From contig JBLWFJ010000001.1 in assembly GCA_048320885.1 (NCBI GenBank), forward strand, positions 5,953,697-6,017,696: DNA of 64,000 bases, read 5' to 3'. A program made the translations under genes and the position numbers. The stretch comes from Nannocystaceae bacterium ST9. Lineage in GTDB: Bacteria > Myxococcota_A > Polyangia > Nannocystales > Nannocystaceae. Below are positions 63,127-64,000 of the stretch, one piece after another. A model generated the notes under the pieces. The model saw only the letters and a program-made list of their open reading frames with translations, made no database searches and was not told where the DNA came from. Each line of letters opens with the position of its first letter. Position 1 is the stretch's first letter.

Positions 63127-64000
63127 TCAGCCGGCCGACGCGGACGCCGAGGCCTTGGCCTTGGGCTTCTTCTTGCCCTCGTCGCCGGCCCCGAGCGCGT
63201 CGCCCTTGGTGATGTCGAACTTGGGCTTCTGATTGGGATCGCAGCCCTTGTCGAACCCGGTCGCGTCGAACTCGGTCTCGAGCTCGCCCTTGAGCTCGCT
63301 CTTCTTGCCCTCGGGCTTGTGCTTGGCCTTGATCGTGACCGTGTGGGCGCCGGCGCGGGCCGGCGAGCAGTACGAGAGCAGGTAGTAGCTCTTGGTCAGC
63401 TCCTCGATCCGCTTGCCGATCGTGTCGAACGCCTTCTGGATCTCGTTGCTGTCCTTGGCCAGCGCGGTCCCGTCCTTGCCGATCTTCTGCAGGTCCGACT
63501 CGCTGAGCTCGGCGCCCAGGCCGATCGCGAACACGTCGTAGGGGGTGTCGCGGACGGCCTCGAGCATCTCGTCTTCGCTGACTCGCGCGGCCCGATCGGT
63601 GCCGTCGGTGAACACGACCATCGTGCCGATCTTGAGCGGGTTCTCGGCGTCCTCGAGCCCCTCGTCGAGCGTCTGCAGGCCCTGGACGACCGCGCCGTTG
63701 AGGTTGGTGCTCTTGTCCTTGGGCTTGAACGATTGCAGTGACTGCGCGCGGGCCTCGGCGCCGCCGGCCGAGCCGGTGAAGTCGGTGATCTTGTGGATCT
63801 CCTCTTCGCCGTCGAAGGCATAGATCGCGACCTTGTTGTTGGCCTCGACCTCGCTGGTGAACAGCAGCGCGGCTTCGATGACCTTGCCGGCGTCCTCGGA
63901 GTCGACGACCGAGCCGCTCATGTCGACCAGCAACAGGGTGTAGTGCGAGGCCGCGACCTCGGGGTTGAGGATGGTCTGCTGGCTCTCGAGCGCCGAGACT
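63127..64000 (-). CDS. vWA-domain protein, 5'-partial (continues beyond the window end).
   Basis: LLVDMSGSV is a MIDAS DxSxS motif. The frame is still open at 64000. Lys/Ala-rich C-terminal tail. Confidence 0.55.
   Translation of the reverse strand, partial: VSALESQQTILNPEVAASHYTLLLVDMSGSVVDSEDAGKVIEAALLFTSEVEANNKVAIYAFDGEEEIHKITDFTGSAGGAEARAQSLQSFKPKDKSTNLNGAVVQGLQTLDEGLEDAENPLKIGTMVVFTDGTDRAARVSEDEMLEAVRDTPYDVFAIGLGAELSESDLQKIGKDGTALAKDSNEIQKAFDTIGKRIEELTKSYYLLSYCSPARAGAHTVTIKAKHKPEGKKSELKGELETEFDATGFDKGCDPNQKPKFDITKGDALGAGDEGKKKPKAKASASASAG

Overview
This 64-kb window is very GC-rich (roughly 70% by eye) and densely coding. It carries several myxobacterial hallmarks: a MYXO-CTERM-type C-terminal sorting tail, Myxococcus-type cysteine-rich repeat lipoproteins, a TIGR02996-like motif, MJ0042-type zinc ribbons, and many Ser/Thr kinases and lipoproteins. 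No rRNA, tRNA, CRISPR array or obvious transposase was found. I support about 55 CDSs.

Housekeeping and metabolic genes:
- class II fumarase (fumC)
- a sigma-70-family sigma factor
- PBP4 (dacB)
- two SurA-like chaperones
- a PTPS plus short-chain dehydrogenase pair
- an ERG4/ERG24-type sterol reductase
- an HgdC-like activase fused to a dehydratase-like domain, with a partner gene

Signalling genes:
- an OmpR/HK two-component pair
- an ECF sigma factor followed by a Ser/Thr kinase
- a second Ser/Thr kinase divergent from an FHA-LuxR regulator
- LysR and AraC regulators
- a CASTOR/POLLUX-like RCK ion channel

The remainder is accessory content encoding secreted, lipoprotein or surface proteins. 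The most interesting candidate is a four-gene minus-strand operon at 54823-59268. It encodes a PAAR-like protein with three degenerate PAAR motifs, a poly-Gly/GGAPG linker and a C-terminal HExxH metallopeptidase-like domain. Its stop codon overlaps the start of a small cytoplasmic gene that could be the immunity protein. Two uncharacterised genes precede it, one of 622 aa with a TPR-like C-terminus and one of 142 aa.

Other notable loci:
- a MYXO-CTERM surface protein whose stop overlaps the start of an OMP beta-barrel gene, followed by a lipoprotein, a NIF-type HAD phosphatase and a GNAT
- a ParE/antitoxin pair chained by overlapping stop/start codons to a LysR regulator and a patatin-like phospholipase
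- a lipoprotein built from five tandem six-cysteine modules of about 50 aa
- a tandem GC-hairpin repeat upstream of the ECF sigma gene
- an SDR plus PTPS pair suggestive of pterin metabolism

All calls rest on reading the translated ORFs and the DNA itself. No database search was run, so family names are from memory of their sequence signatures.
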